Shown here piece after piece: positions 63,241 to 64,000 of a stretch of DNA of 64,000 bases. The position numbers and the translations under genes were made by a program. Below the pieces are notes generated by a model, which was given only the letters and a program-made list of their open reading frames with translations, did not search any database and was not told the origin of the DNA. Each line of letters starts with the position of its first letter. The stretch's first letter is position 1. Source of the DNA: Octopus sinensis (lineage: Eukaryota); NCBI RefSeq assembly GCF_006345805.1, contig NC_043002.1, positions 118,978,001-119,042,000 on the forward strand, written 5' to 3'.

Positions 63241-63438
63241 GAGAGTGAACTTCATTAATGGCACCAGCTAAAAAGCTAATCCTGATTTCAAATATTTAAG
63301 TCTTTTGTACAAAATCAAGGAAGGTAATCAAAATATAATTAAACAGATACTCTGAGTCTACTGAAACAGTTTCTATATTCTGGAAATTTGCTGCTCAGAA
63401 ATTAATGGAAAAATAGAATCAGGATGGAAGTTACTTAC

Positions 63439-63535
63439 ATTTATTTGTCCCACCAACTAGGATTTCTTTGCAACGACAAGATCTCTGGAGAAAGCAGTTG
63501 GCAGCAAAAGCTATTTCTGGCCCAAATCTGAAAGA
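63439..63535 (-). CDS. FBH1: FBH1 (F-box DNA helicase 1) internal exon, SFRFGPEIAFAANCFLQRSCRCKEILVGGTNK (phase 0 to 1); gene continues beyond window end
   Basis: Acceptor ttctgtttttcag, donor gtaagt. SFRFG is UvrD/SF1A motif IV and resembles human FBH1 QSFRFGVEIAY...LVGG (recalled). Confidence 0.9.
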
Positions 63536-63599
63536 CTGAAAAACAGAAAGAAACACAGAAAAATTAAAATGTGGTCTTAAAACCATTATTAACTTGTTA

Positions 63600-63974
63600 T
63601 GGAAGCACTCCGTCGGTTACGACGACGAGGGTTCCGGTTGATCCGATAAACGGAACAGCCTGCTCATGAAATTAACGTGTAAGTGGCTGAGCACTCCACA
63701 GACACGTGTACCCTTAACGCAGTTCTCGGGGATATTCAGCGTGACACAGAGAGTGACAAGGCCGGCCCTTAGAAATACAGGTACAACAGAAACAGAGTGA
63801 GAGAAAGTTGTGGTGAAAGAGTACAGCAGGGATCACCACCATCCCCTGCCGGAGCGTCGTGGAGCTTTAGGTGTTTTCGCTCAATAAACACTGACAATGC
63901 CCGGTCTGGGAATCGAAACTGCGATCCTACAACCGCGAGTCCGCTGCCCTAACCACTGGGCCATTGCGCTTCCA
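63600..63974 (-). mobile_element. SINE B, tail type 2
   Basis: 13-bp TSD ccattattaactt. Confidence 0.9.
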
Positions 63975-64000
63975 CCATTATTAACTTAGTGAATATTTGA

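Overview
AT-rich, extremely repeat-dense animal genomic DNA. The repeat families (tRNA-headed SINEs carrying TA/TG microsatellites, RTE LINE 3' ends with (GAT)n tails) look like octopus/coleoid cephalopod; this is inferred from recall, not verified. Host genes: (1) the 3' part of an FBH1/FBXO18 UvrD-family DNA helicase on the minus strand, 8 phase-compatible GT-AG exons from 63535 to a stop at 48058 (900 nt, 299 aa, with SFRF, TAHKSKGLEF and YVAITRAK helicase motifs); (2) a convergent, unidentified plus-strand gene whose small exons form a phase-compatible chain (24711-31685, probably also 19173-20207). The rest is mostly SINEs, RTE/CR1-L2 LINE relics, a Gypsy pol relic, mariner relics, piggyBac-type MITEs, non-autonomous Helitrons and microsatellites. 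Nearly all ORFs in the supplied track are repeat-derived artefacts. I found no CRISPR, Fanzor/TnpB or intact transposon ORF, and no clearly new enzymatic system. The most interesting signals are a SINE carrying a ready-made 68/69-nt cassette exon, 62- and 86-bp target-site duplications, a hairpin-unit array in an RTE 3' UTR, modular SINE head/body/tail exchange, a 127-bp-arm palindrome and the unidentified gene. Repeat boundaries are approximate (about +/-10 bp); exon boundaries were counted by hand.
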